NCBI GenBank assembly: GCA_965240325.2 | Contig: OZ251225.1 | Location: forward strand, 1,302,001-1,366,000 | Length of the DNA: 64,000 bases | Direction: 5' to 3' | From: Rebecca billardiae RCC1528 | Taxonomy: Eukaryota > Protista > Haptophyta | Shown: positions 11,136-23,263 of the stretch, in pieces | Numbering within the stretch: the first letter of the stretch is position 1 | Layout: each line of letters starts with the position of its first letter | Notes under the pieces: model-generated | Database searches by the model: none | The model's input: only the letters and a program-made list of their open reading frames with translations | What the model was told of the DNA's origin: nothing | Translations under genes and position numbers: made by a program

Positions 11136-14100
11136 TCGCGGCCAAGACGCCGAGCGTCGAGCGGCGCAGGCGTGCGCCGCCCACCGAGGCGGCGCGTCGT
11201 GGCGGCTGCGCCCGCTGCGCGCCCGGCGCGGGCGCGGGCGGCTGCGCGGCCGAGAGCGCCTTGAGGCCGAGGAAGATGCGCTGGACCGCCTTGGGCTTGG
11301 CGTCGTGCGAGAGCGCGAACACCGTCTTGAAGAGCAGGAGCGCGGGCACCACCACCGCCACCACGATCGCCGAGATGATGAGCACCGTCACCACGCGCAC
11401 CGAGCCGTCTGCGGGCGTCTCAGAGAACAGGAGGCATTCGATCACGCCCTCGAGGATGAGGATGTTGAAGAATATCTGGACGAACTCGGCGCGGTGGATG
11501 CCCTCGTCCGACGGGTCGGCGTACACGAGGGCGAGCAGCGTGTGCTCCGTCTGGATCGCCGAGCCCAGCTTGCGCAGACGCGCCGCCGCCGCGCGCTCCT
11601 CCGCCAGAGCCGCCGCCTCGGCCGCGAGCGCGAGCGCGCGCCGCTCGCGTGCGATCGCGACCGCGCGCCGCTGCAGCCGGCCGCGCGTGTGCCGCTGGAT
11701 GCCGATGGCGGCGCCCACCTGCTGCGCGTGCACGTGCGCGTGCGGCGCGTCGAGCGCCGACTCGACGCGGTCGGAGACATGGCGCTCGTCGCGCGCGCCG
11801 CACATGCACCCGCCCTCGCCCTCGCCCTTGCCGCCGCCGCCGCCGGCCGCTCCGGCCGCGCGCGCGGTGCCGGGCGTGACGGCGCACAGCGCGAGCGGCG
11901 TGCCGCCGAGCGCGCGCGGCGCCGAGCTCGGCGTGAGCGGCAGCCGGCGCCGCTGCGGCTGCGGCGGCACGTGCGCCAGCCTGCGCAGCGCGTCGGAGGG
12001 CGAGGTGATCGCCGCCGGGTCTCGCTTGGCGCGCGCCCTCGCCTCCGCGCGCATGTCGAGCCCGACCGCGGCCGCGAGGCAGAGCACGTTGAGCACCGTC
12101 AGCCCGGCGACCATGCCGTAGATGTACGGGTTGTCCGCGATGTCGTCGATCGACGGGTTCGCCAGCGCCTCGATCGCCGAGGGCGAGAGCGTGTTGATCG
12201 ACGTGAACACCGACACCGCCTCTGTCTCGAGCTCGTCCGCGGACGAGGGGAAGTAGAGGCTTGCAAAGTCGGTGAGGTGCGTGCACGCGCACACGAGGAC
12301 GGGCGCGCCCGCGGCGGCGGAGGCGTTGAGCGAGGCGGCGTGCAGCGTGGTGCACCCGTCCGACGCCCACGCCGCGCGGCTCTCGTTCCAGTACCGGCAC
12401 TCCGGCCGCAGGTCGCAGCTGGCGCCGATCCAGGGCGCGTCGCACGCGCACGCGCCGCCCACGCACGCGCCGCGCTCCGAGCAGCCGTCAAACTCGGCGC
12501 ACGTGCCCGAGGCGCCGACGGGGTTGGGCGGCAGCCCGGCGTCGGACAGCGGGATGGTGATGGTCACGGGCGTCGCCAGCCCCTTCACCTCGAGCGGCGT
12601 GCTCGTCAGCTCGCTGTCCACGCTGGGCAGCCCGACGTTGATCGAGAAGACGCGGCTGCCCACGCTGCCCGCCGAGCCGGGCGGCGCGGCCGCGCTCCCG
12701 TTCGTGCCCTCGTGGATGTTGGTGCCGAAGACGATGAGCTCGACGTCCAGGCCGTCCTCGAGGGAGCCGCCCACGCCCGCGCCCAGCGAGTCCGGTAGGC
12801 TCACCTCGCCCGCCGAGTCGCCCGGCGCGCGGAACGGGAAGTCCGCGATGAACTCGAGCAGCGCGCGCGTCGCGGACACGTTCACGAGCGCCGAGAGCGC
12901 TTCCCGAGGGTCCTCGCCAGGCACCGCGCCCTTCACGAGGGAGAGGGCGAGGGAGCGCGCCGCGGCGTTGACCACGCCGTCGCGCTGCCGCCTGCCCTCC
13001 ACCGAGAGCTCCGACGAGTTCGCGGTGAGCAGCGAGGAGAGCGTCGAGACGATCAGCCCAGAGGAGACGTCGTCCACGCCAGAGTCGGCCGCCGACTCCG
13101 CGAGCTGCAGGGCGAGGGAGGCACCCTCGAGCTGCGCCTCGGCCGAGAGCTGCTCGGGCGCGCCGAGCACGGCGTGCGTCGCCTCGGCGCGGAGGCGGAC
13201 CGCCTCGGTGCTCGACTCGGCGGCCGACGCGCTCGCCGCCGCGTCGAGCGATCGGACGAGGGAGAGCCGCGCCGCCTTGGCCGCGGCAAGATTGACGGAT
13301 GGCGCCGCCGGACCAGGCTCTGTGCCATTGGCGCCGCCGCCGTCGTCGCCGTCGCCGCCGCCGGGCTCGGCGTCGCCCGCCGAGCCGAGCGAGCCCGCGA
13401 GCGAGGAGACGAGCTGGTACACTGAGTCCGACTCGCCCGTCGCGCCGGCCACGTCGATGGCGCCGAGCACCGAGTCGACGGCGGCGGTGTCGAGCTGCAG
13501 CGCTGCCACGCTCACGCTCGAAGCGGCGCGCGCGCTCGCCCGCGCGCCGTACGCATCGCTCACGCGGACGAGCGGCGCGAACGTGCCCTGGGGGAAGAAG
13601 ACGCTGGCGCGCGCGCGCAGGGTGACGCTGCCGAGCGCGCGCTCGCTCTCGCCGCCGCCCGCGCCGCCGCCCGCCGCGGGCGCGTACGCGAACGCGTACC
13701 GCAGCGGCAGGTGGTCGGCCGCGTCGTCGGTCCAGCCGGTCGCGACCAGCTCAAAGCTAGTCGAACCGGCCGTGCCTGACTGCGGCGAGGCGGAGACGAC
13801 GCCGCCGTACGGCGGGCGGTTCATCGTCACGCCGAGGCGCACCGCCTGCTCGCCCACGCCCGGCGCCGTCACGCGCAGCTCGAACGCGTAGCTCGCGCCC
13901 GGCGTCAGCGCGTTCGCGCGCACAGCCAGGTTGCGCTGCGCCGCGCCGGTCGTCGTCACGACGGACGAGCCGAGGTCGAGCACCGCGCCCGCGCCCACGC
14001 CCACCGTCGCCGAGCCGGACCAGGCGAAGCTCCACGGGATGAGGGCGGCGCTGAGGTTGCGCGCGGAGACGTCCGCCGCGTCCGTCGCGAGCCCGGCGGC

Positions 14101-17100
14101 CACGAGCGCGCTCGCCACCTCCGCCGCGCTCCCCAGCCCGACCGAGCGCACGCGGAGCGCAAGTCGCTCATCGGCGTTGAAGAGCGCACGGCTGAGCGCG
14201 GCGAGGGTGACGATCGGAGTGGGCACGCCGACGAGCTCGAGCGCGACGCTGGCCTCCGAGGCGCGGCCGTCGGCCGCGCGCACGGACACGGTCGCGACGT
14301 ACGAGCCCAGAGGCAGCGCGCCCGCCGGCACGAGCAGAGACGTGCCGCTCAGCTCGGGCGAGCCAGCGAGCACAAGGTCGGCGGCGCCGGTCGCGCGGCG
14401 CACGCGCCACGCGAACGCGAGGGGCGCAGCGAGCGCGGGCGGCAGCGTGCTCGGGTCGAAGGACGCGCTCGCGTCGAGCGTGACCGAGGACGCGACGGAC
14501 GCGCGCCGGTCGCCGCCCGCGATCGTCGCGACCACCGGCTCCGCGCTCACGGCGACCGCCACCTCCGCCTCAGCGTACGCGCCCGGCTGCGCGCGCATCG
14601 CCGCGCGCACCACCAGCGTGTAGGTGCGGCCCGCGAACAGCGAGCGCGCGGGCAGCGTGAGCGTCGAGGACGCGGCGGTGGAGAGGTCGAGGAGCGGCAC
14701 GTCGGCCGCGGCGCTGCCGTCCGCGCTCACCAGCGTGCGCACGTGCCGCCACGCGAAGTCGATGCTGAACGCGGCGGCGCCCGTGTCGAAGCACGACGCG
14801 AGCGCCGCGGACGCGCGCACGCTCAGTCGCTGGGACGAGCGCGCGCTCTGCACGGCCGGCCCGAGGATGCTGAGGCTCGGCGTCGCGCCGCGGCCCGAGC
14901 GCGCCACGGTCCACTCCGCCGCGGCCGAGCGCGCGCCGAGCGCCGACACGACCGTGAGCGAGAACGTGAAGTTCGAGCCGTTCGCCAGCAGCCCACTCTC
15001 GCCGCCCACGGTCACGATGGGCGCGCCGGTGCCGAGCGCGCCGAGCGACACGCCGAGCACGTGCGCGTTGTCCGTGCGGTCCGCGACCACGCCCCATTCG
15101 TACTCGAGCGCGCCGACGCCGCCGCCGAAGGACGCGGTGCCGTCGAGCGTGAGCTCGGCGTCGGGGCAGTCGGAGAGCAGCGCGGGCGCGGCGAGCACGG
15201 CGGTCGGCGTGGGGCACGCGCCGCCCTCGCACGGCTCGGTCTCCGAGATGGTCCCGGAGACGGCGCGCGCGCACAGCGCGTCCGGGCAGCCACCGTCGTG
15301 CAGCGCGGGCGCGAGCACGTCGTCGCGCAGCGCGATGCGCGAGCCGGGGCGCACGGCGGTCAGCGCGTTGAGCACGAGCACGAGGGTGACGTCGTCGGCC
15401 TCCCAGTAGCAGCTCGGCGCGTCGGTGCCGTTTCCCCGCACGAGCGCCACGCTCTCGTCGGTCAGCACGGCCGCGCACTCGGCCACGCCCGCCATCCCCG
15501 CGCGGTTTGTCCGCGGGAACGACTCAAAGCGCACAATCACGCGCGTCGCGCTCGCGTCGAAGGCGACCGAGGCGAGTCGCGGCGCGAAGAGCTCGCGAGG
15601 CGGGCTCGGCGGCGGCGCGGGCGGCGCAGGAGGCGAGGGCGGCGAGGGCGGCGGCGAGGGCGGCGGGCTCGGCGGCGGGCTCGGCGGTGGGCTCGGCGGC
15701 GGGCTCGGCGGCGGGCGGGGCGGCGGCGCGGGCGGCGGCGCGGGCGGCGGCGCGGGCGGCGGCGCCGGTGGCGGCGCCGGCGGCGGCGAGGGCGGCGGCG
15801 CGGGCGGCGGCGCCGGTGGCGACGCCGGCGGCGGCGAGGGCGGCGGCGAGGGCGGTGGCGAGGGCGGCGGGCTGGGCGGTGGCGGGCTAGGTGGTGGTGG
15901 GCTGGGCGGCGGCGGCGACGGCTGCGGTGGTGGGCCCGGCGGCGGCGACGGCGGCGGCGACGGCGGAGGGGGCGGCGGGGGCGGCGGTGAGCTCGGCGGC
16001 GGCGAGGGCGGCGGGGCCGGAGGCGGGTCGGGCGGGGGAGAGGGCGGCGGGATCGGCGGCGAGCTCGGCGGCGGCGAGGGAGGCGGCGCGGGTGGCGGTC
16101 GCGGTGGCGGCGAGGGAGGCGGCGAGGGTGGCGGCAGCGGTGGCGGCGAGGGCGGCGGGCTGGGCGGTGGTGGACTGGGCGGCGGCGGGCTCGGCGGCGG
16201 GGGCGGTGGTGAGGGTGGCGGGCTCGGCGGTGACCCGGGCGGCGGGCTCGGCGGCGGCGAGGGCGGCGGGCTCGGCGGCGGCGAGGGCGGCGGGCTCGGT
16301 GGCAGCGACGGCGGTGGGCTCGGTGGCGGGCTGGGCGGCAGCGATGGCGGTGGGCTCGGTGGCGGCGATGGTGGCGGGCTGGGCGGCAGCGATGGCGGTG
16401 GGCTCGGTGGCGGCGATGGTGGCGGGCTGGGCGGCGGCGGGCTCGGCGGCGGTGGGCTCGGTGGCGGGGGCGATGGTGAGGGCGGTGGGCTCGGTGGCGG
16501 CGATGGTGGCGGGCTGGGCGGCGGCGGGCTCGGCGGCGGTGGGCTCGGTGGCGGGGGCGATGGTGAGGGCGGTGGGCTCGGCGGCGGCGAGGGCGGTGGG
16601 CTCGGTGGCAGCGAGGGCGGCGGGCTCGGGGGCGGCGAGGGCGGTGGGCTCGGCGGCGGCGGCAAGGGCGGCGGCGGAGGGCGTGGCGGCGGTGACGGCG
16701 GTGGGGCGGGCGGCGGCGGCGGCGGAGGCGGCGGAGGGCTTGGCGGCGGTGAAGGCGGCGGTGAAGGCGGCGGGCTCGGCGGCGGGCTCGGTGGCGGCGG
16801 GCTCGGCGGCGGCAGCGGCGGCGGGCTCGGCGGCGGCAAGTACTGCGCTGCCAGCTCGCACACGGCCACCCGGCCCGCCGAGCACCCCACATCATTCCAC
16901 TCGCCGTCAGACCACGGGTAGAGCTCGGCGCAGTCCTCGCTGCCACCGGCGTCGTTCGGCTCGCCAAAGGCCCAGTTCTGGTAGTCGGCGTCGGCGAGCG
17001 CCGAGCCATCGACCCACGTCCACGCGCGCCCGGGCCCGTCGTCCGAGTCGTACAGCCCGATCCAGACCCTGCCCTCGTACGCCGAGACCAGCGCAGTCAC

Positions 17101-19321
17101 GACCGCGTTCTCCGCCTCCGAGCGCACGGTCGCGAGGTCGGCGCCGCGCGCGAGCGCAGCGCACGCCGCGCGCCCCGCGGAGAACGTGTACGTGAGCGCG
17201 CCCTCGGCCGCGAGCGCGTAGCACGAGGCGTTGAAGTCGACGCTGCCAGGCAGCAGCGCCTGGCACACCGTCGGCGGCGACGGCGGCGGCGAGGGCGGCG
17301 ACGAGGGCGGCGGCGGGCTGGGCGGCGGGCTGGGCGGCGGCGAGGGCGGCGGCGCGGACGGCGGCGGCTTTGGCGGCCTCGGCGGCGGCGGGCTCGGCTC
17401 TGGCGGCGGCGGCGGCGCGGGCGGGCTCGACGGCGGCGGCGGCGAGGGCGGGGCCGGCGGCGGCGGGCTCGGCGGCGCGCTCGGCGGGCTCGGCGGCCGA
17501 TCCGCCACGAGCTCCACCTCAATCTCGAGATTGTCGTAGTGCGACGACGAAGCGCTCGTGCCGCACTCGCCGCCGATCGCGTCGGAGGCGGAGCTGCGGT
17601 CCTCGAGCGCGGCGCGCAGCACCACCGTACCGCACGGCGCGTCGGCGGGGAGCGCGTACACCGCCGAGTCGTCGTTGTTCGCGCCGAGCGCCAGCGCGGC
17701 CGGCGCGTACACGCGGTCCTCCACGACCGTGAACGACGACTCGCCCGCCGCGCGCGCGAGCAGCCGGATCGAAATGCCGTTACTCGTCGTGTAACCGCCG
17801 GCCGTCGAGGCGAAGAAGGTCCACTGCACCAGCACCTCGCCGGGCGCCTCGCCCAGGCTCGCGCTGAACGAGATGAAACGGTCGAACTCGTCCTGCCGCG
17901 TGCACGCCGAGCCGGCGAGCAGGCCGGTGGAGACGACGGTGCGCGCGCCCAGCTCGGTGCAGACGGGCGGCGGCGGCGCGGGCGGCGGCGAGGGCGGCGG
18001 CGCGGGCGGCGGCGCGGGCGGTGGCGAGGGCGGCGGCGAGGGCGGCGGCGGCGCGGAGGGCGGCGAGGGCGGCGAGGGCGGCAGCGAGGGCGGCGGGCCA
18101 GGAGGCTCAGGCGGCGTGGGCGGCGAGGGCGGCGCATAGCAGCGCGTGCTCGACCACACGAGCCGGGAGTTGTGCGCGCAGCCGGTGCTGCAGCACGTCT
18201 CTGCGAGCAGCTCGTCCGCCGTGCACAGCCGCGCGCCCCACGCCACGCACTCGGCGGCCGCGAGATCGTGCGTAGCGTTGGTGCCGTCGTGGCCGGGCAG
18301 GAGCGGCTCGAGCCCCGACCAGTTGCTCACCTCGTCCTGGCAGATCGAGCCGAAGCACTCCGCCTCCGCCTCGGCCGCGCAGCAGCGCACGGCCGCGGCC
18401 TCGTCCAGGCCGAGGCACTGCTGGGTGGCCGAGCCCGAGCACGCGTCGACAGCGTACACGTGCGACAAGGGCGGCAGCGGCGGGGCGGGCGGCGGCAACG
18501 GCGGCGGCGAGGGCGGCGGGCTCGGCGGCGGCAGCGGCGGCGGGCGTGGCGGCGGCACGGGCGGCGGTGAGGAAGGCGGGCTCGGCGGCGGGCCGGGCGG
18601 CGGGCTGGGCGGCGGCACTGGGGGCGGGCTGGGCGGCGGCGGCGATGGTGGCGGCGGGCTCGGCGGCGGCGGGCTCGGCGGCGGTGGCGACGGCGGCGGC
18701 GGGCTCGGCGGCGAAGGCGGCGGGCGGGGCGGTGGGCTGGGCGGCGGGCTGGGTGGCGGCGACGGCGGCGGGGAGGGTGGCGGCGCGGGCGGCGGCGGCG
18801 GCGGCGGCGGGCTCGGCGGCGGCGACGGTGGCGGGGAGGGCGGAGGCGTGGGCGGCGGCGGCGGCGGCGGGCTCGGTGGTGGCGCGGGCGGCGGCGGCGG
18901 CGGCGGCGGGCTCGGCGGCGGCGACGGTGGCGGGGAGGGCGGAGGCGTGGGCGGCGGCGGCGGCGGCGGGCTCGGTGGTGGCGCGGGCGGAGGCGGCGGC
19001 GGCGGCGGCGGGCTCGGCGGCGGCGACGGTGGCGGGGAGGACGGAGGCGTGGGCGGCGGCGGCGGCGGCGGGCTCGGTGGTGGCGCGGGCGGCGGCGGCG
19101 GCGGCGGCGGGCTCGGCGGCGGCGACGGTGGCGGGGAGGGCGGAGGCGTGGGCGGCGGCGGCGGCGGCGGGCTCGGTGGTGGCGCGGGAGGCGGCGGCGG
19201 CGGCGGGCTCGGTGGCGGGGAGGGCGGCGGGCTCGGCGGCGGAGTGGGCGGCGGGGTGGGCGGCGGAGGCGGCGGAGGCGGGCTCGGCGGCGGGCTCGGC
19301 GGCGGCAACGGCGGCGGGGAG

Positions 19322-19353
<32 letters not shown>

Positions 19354-20052
19354 TGGCGGCGGCGGCGAGGGCGGCGGAGCGGGCGGCGGAGGTGGCGGTG
19401 GCGGGCTCGGTGGTGGGGTGGGCGGTGGAGGCGACGGTGGCGGTCTGGGCGGCGGCGGCAGGCTGGGCGGTCTCGGCGGCGGCGAAGGCCGCGCCTCGAC
19501 CAGCTCCAACTCGAGCTCCATGTTGCTAAAGTGCGAATCGCCATCGTCGGTGGCGCACTCGCCGACGATTGCGTTGTCGGAGGTGGTCTGCCGGTCCTCG
19601 AGCGCGGCGCGCAGCGCGATCGGGCCGCACGTCACGCTCGGCACGGTCCACACGAACGAATCCGAGTTCAACGCGTTGAGCGTGTACTCTGCAGGCGTGT
19701 AGATGCGGTCCAGCACCACCTCGTACGCGCTGGAGTTGGTGCTGTTCCAACCGACGAGCAGCCGCAGCAGGAGGCCGTTGTTCGCGGAGTAGCTGCCGAA
19801 GCTCGACGCCCAGTAGGTCCACGCGAGCTCGACTGTGCCCAGCTCCTCACCCATGCTCACCGTGAAGGCATCGAGCGTGTCGCCGGATGCGCTCTCTCGC
19901 TCACACGCCGAGCCGGGCAGGATGCCGCTCGACTCGACGAGCGTCGCTCCCGGCTCGGTGCACACGGCTGGAGCAGGCGGGCTCGGCGGAGGAGCTCGGG
20001 AGGGGTTGAAGACGGCGCCAGCCACGCCGAGCAGCCAGAGACCCACGCGCAT
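10054..20052 (-). CDS. Giant (3,332 aa) polycystin-1/REJ-like membrane protein: signal peptide, Pro-rich stalks, C-type lectin, REJ, EGF-like, GPS/GAIN, ~5 TM, IQ motif, EF-hand pair
   Basis: Uninterrupted ORF. Signal peptide MRVGLWLLGVAGA. CTLD with EPN and WND motifs (~16840-17265). REJ-like TLDASASFDP and NRPPYGG segments. GPS CRYWNESRAAWASDGC...CACTHLTDFA. IQ-like IQRHTRGRLQRR. EF loops DVDNSGGIDLEE and DADRNGRIELHE. Confidence 0.88.
15600..16838 (-). repeat. Coding low-complexity repeat encoding (PPSP)n stalk
   Basis: Degenerate ggcggcgggctc / ggcggcgagggc tandem units. Confidence 0.95.
18470..19490 (-). repeat. Coding low-complexity repeat encoding (PPSP/PPTP/PPAP)n stalk with higher-order ~100-bp units
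   Basis: Recurrent unit PPPPAPPPSPPPPPPPTPPPSPPPSPPPSP between ~18750 and 19250. Confidence 0.95.
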
Positions 20053-20444
20053 CTGCCTCTGGGCGGAAGGCGCACGGGGGAGTGGCCTTGAACTTCAAAT
20101 GCAGGCCAAGAGGGCCTCCATCGACCGGGGAGCTTGGCGCGATCTAACAAGATGCGCGCTTGCAGTTCTGGCCGGCACCAAATTTAGCCGGCGCGGCGTT
20201 TTCCTGGTCGCTCATTGGTCGGCGCCCGAGCTGCGGATGGATAAGCCATCCTTGCCATAACGTCTGCTGTAGCAGTACCCAAACTTGCATAGCCAATGTG
20301 ATGAATATTGCTACCAACGGCTCAACGGCTTAACCTGAGATGCGGGTATGAGGGTATTCCCCGTTTCTAATCAATCAAGCGGTGCACGTGGTGGCTCCCG
20401 TGGCCGCCCGGGAAGCCCCTCGCTCCCTCGCTGCGTGAAATACG

Positions 20445-22935
20445 ATGGCCGATGCCGCATCCACCTCGCAGGTCGAGGCCGCCGCAAACGTCGAGGCGGC
20501 GCAGCAGTGGCACAGCAAGGGTGCGCGCGCCACCGCTGGCTCCCGCGCGTCGGCGCCCCGCCTTCGCGCCCCCGCGCCCGTGCCTGAACGCGGGCATGCC
20601 ACCGGCCACGCCGCTGGGCTGCGCGCGCAGCCACGCAGGCCGCTGCGGCGGGAGACCTCGAGAAGGCCGTTCGCTTCATGGAGCGCGCGTGCAGGCTGCA
20701 CCCTGGCAATGAGGACTACTCGCGCGAGCACGGGCGCCTCTCCACTCGCCTCGCCGCGGGTGAGGCCGCGCCGCGGCGCGGCGCGCGCGAGGAGGCGCCC
20801 CGGCGGCCGCCGCCATCCTCGGGGGACCCGGGGACGGATGCGCTCCGACAGGGCCTGCACGATCCCGGCGCGCTGCTCTCGCGCGTGCACGCGGGCGAGC
20901 TCAACGCCGCCTTGGCCCTGTCCGAGCTCCTCAAGGACCGCGCCGCGCTCCCGCCGCGCCTGCGCGACGGGCCGGCCGTGGTGCGCGCGCTGTGCGCGTG
21001 CGCGACCAAGTGGGTGCGCTCCAGCCCCGCCGCGGAGCCCGGCTTCCGCAAGGCGTACGGCTGGTTCTACCTGCTCACCGGCATGGCGACGGCGTGGCTC
21101 GACATGTACGCCGACGGCCTGGAGCTCGCCCAGCCCACGCGCGCCACGCGCGACCTCGTGCTGAAGGAGACGCTGCCGTGCCTGCGGCTGCTGGACGCAG
21201 ACCTGCCGCGGATCACGGCGGTGGTGGGCGAGGGCGGCGGCGGGGCGTTCGCGCGGATGGCGGGCATCGCGCAGCTCGGCGAGGGCGCCGGCGAGATGTT
21301 CGCCCAGATGGACGTGCGCAACAACCTCGCCGCCCTCGTCCCCGTGCTGTGCCAGCCGTGGTCGGCCGCCGCGTGGGCGCAGCTCCCGACCAGCGCGCGC
21401 GTGCTCGCCCAGTTTGGAGCCGAGATCGCCGCCAGCGCCTACTCGAACCCGGCGGGCCAGTCCGTGGCGAAGATGCGCGGCGTGTGCGCGCTCGCACTGC
21501 GCACCCTCGTGCGCGCGGCCGAGCCGCTCCGCGACGCCGTCGCCGCCGACGCGCCGGGCCTGAGGGGCGTGGTCGCCCTCGCGCGAGCGAGCGCAGACAC
21601 AGACGCTCCGTTCCTGCACTGCCTCTCCGCTCTGATGTGCGTCGCCTCGGGCAGGGAGGCGCACGCGGAGCTGCTCGTGCGCGCGGGCGTGATGCAGGTG
21701 GTCGTGGACGCGCTCACGCGCGCGAGCAGGCAGGACGTCCACGCGGCCGAGATGAGCACCCACACCTTCGCCATCGGCATCTGCGGCTTTGTGACGGCGA
21801 CGCACCACGACACGCGCGCGCTGTGGCGGTGTGGCGTCGTGCCGCCGCTGCTGGCCAAGCTGGTGGACGGCACGGAGGGCGAGAAGGCGGGCGCCGCGCA
21901 GATTCTGAAGGAGGGGGGCGTGCTGGACGACGTCGAAGGGCTACGCAAGTACGGCGCGGACGCCGCGACCCGCGCGCGCCTCGAGGCCAGCGCGCGCGTG
22001 CCCTCCCCGGCGCAGGCGGCGCTCCGCACCGCGTGCGCGCTGCTTGATGCGCTCGGCGCCGAGGGGCGGCCGGCGGACGAGGCGGGCACGGCCGACGACA
22101 CGAGAAGGCGGTGCTCCAACCCGGGGTGCACCACGCGTGGCGACGGGGATGCGCCCCTCTCCCGATGCTCGGGCTGCGGGCAGCTGAGCTACTGCAGGTG
22201 CGCTCGCGCGAGCGACCGCGGCCCGCGCGCCCAGCAGTGTGCGCCCGCGCGCACGCAAGGTGACCGCCGCCCCCGCGCGGCTGCCGCGCCGACGTCGCCC
22301 TGCACGCCGTGCTGCGTGGATCCCGCCCACGCGCGCTCGGGCCCGCCGTGCTCGCCGTGCGTGCGCCCCCCGCGCGCAGCCGAGACTGCCAGCGCGCGCA
22401 TTGGAAGGCGCACAAGCCGCTGTGCAAGAGGTGGCAGGCGGGCAGGGAAGGGCGCGCGCCGCCGGGCGGCTCGGCAGGCCTGCCGCCGAGCGGCCCGCCC
22501 GCCATGAGCAAGGTCGAGAAGGGCCAGCAGAAGGCGGAGGAGGTCATGGTCGCTCGGTGGCTGGAGCGCGAGTGTGAGCGACTGGTCACCGGGGCGCTGG
22601 CCAAGGGCATCCGGCTCGAGCAGCTCGCCGTGTTTGTCGACTTTGAGGCGAGGGACGAGCGCGGCAACCACGGCCGTGCGCAGCTGCTCGACGAGGCGCG
22701 CGGCGCCCGGGCGGAGCTGCTGCGGCTGATCGGCACAGAGCTCGAGCCGGAGATCACCAACTCCGTGCTGGACGGCATCCTTGCCGAGCGCCGCATGCAG
22801 ATTGAGGACGGCTCGTGGAAACGCACCTTCCCCGTCGTCACTCGCGTGCCGATGCCTTCGGGCGGCGATGCGCATATCGGCTTTGCCGGTGCGATGGTGC
22901 CGACCAGCATGGCGCGCCGCTTGAGCCTGCCGTAG
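20445..22935 (+). CDS. TPR + helical-repeat + MYND zinc-finger protein; join(20445..20520,20631..22197,22380..22935)
   Basis: Splicing restores a TPR-like motif (WHSKATQAAAAGDLEKAVRFMERACRLHPGN) and an intact MYND finger (CSNPGC...CSGC...YCS|RDCQRAHWKAHKPLC). Confidence 0.85.
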
Positions 22936-23263
22936 TGTCTGCTGTAGTAGCAGTGACGACGAGCAGTCTCAGGTTGCACTATACTGCCGCCCATAATATT
23001 ACGCGCTATACTGTAGTGTCACCTCAGACTCAGAGCGTCGCGTTCGCGTCCTCGATAGTCGATTGCCCGGATTGGTCATCATTCATCAACGCGGCCCGCG
23101 CGTTCTAAGAGGTTGGGCCTCTCATTCCTAAGTATATTCATCAGCTGCGAGAAGCAGACAAGTCGATCGTACGACTCACGATGAGGGGTTGCGCCGGGGG
23201 TTTTAAGTAGTTCTAATGACGAAATCTTCTGATGAGCTTCTGTTCTCAACTTTGTATGATCGG

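Noticed and set aside
15425-19702. Long Gly-rich or Ala/Arg-rich ORFs (e.g. 15425-16921+, 18146-19702+)
   Set aside because: Antisense or alternative-frame shadows of the polyproline repeats in the 10054-20052 gene.
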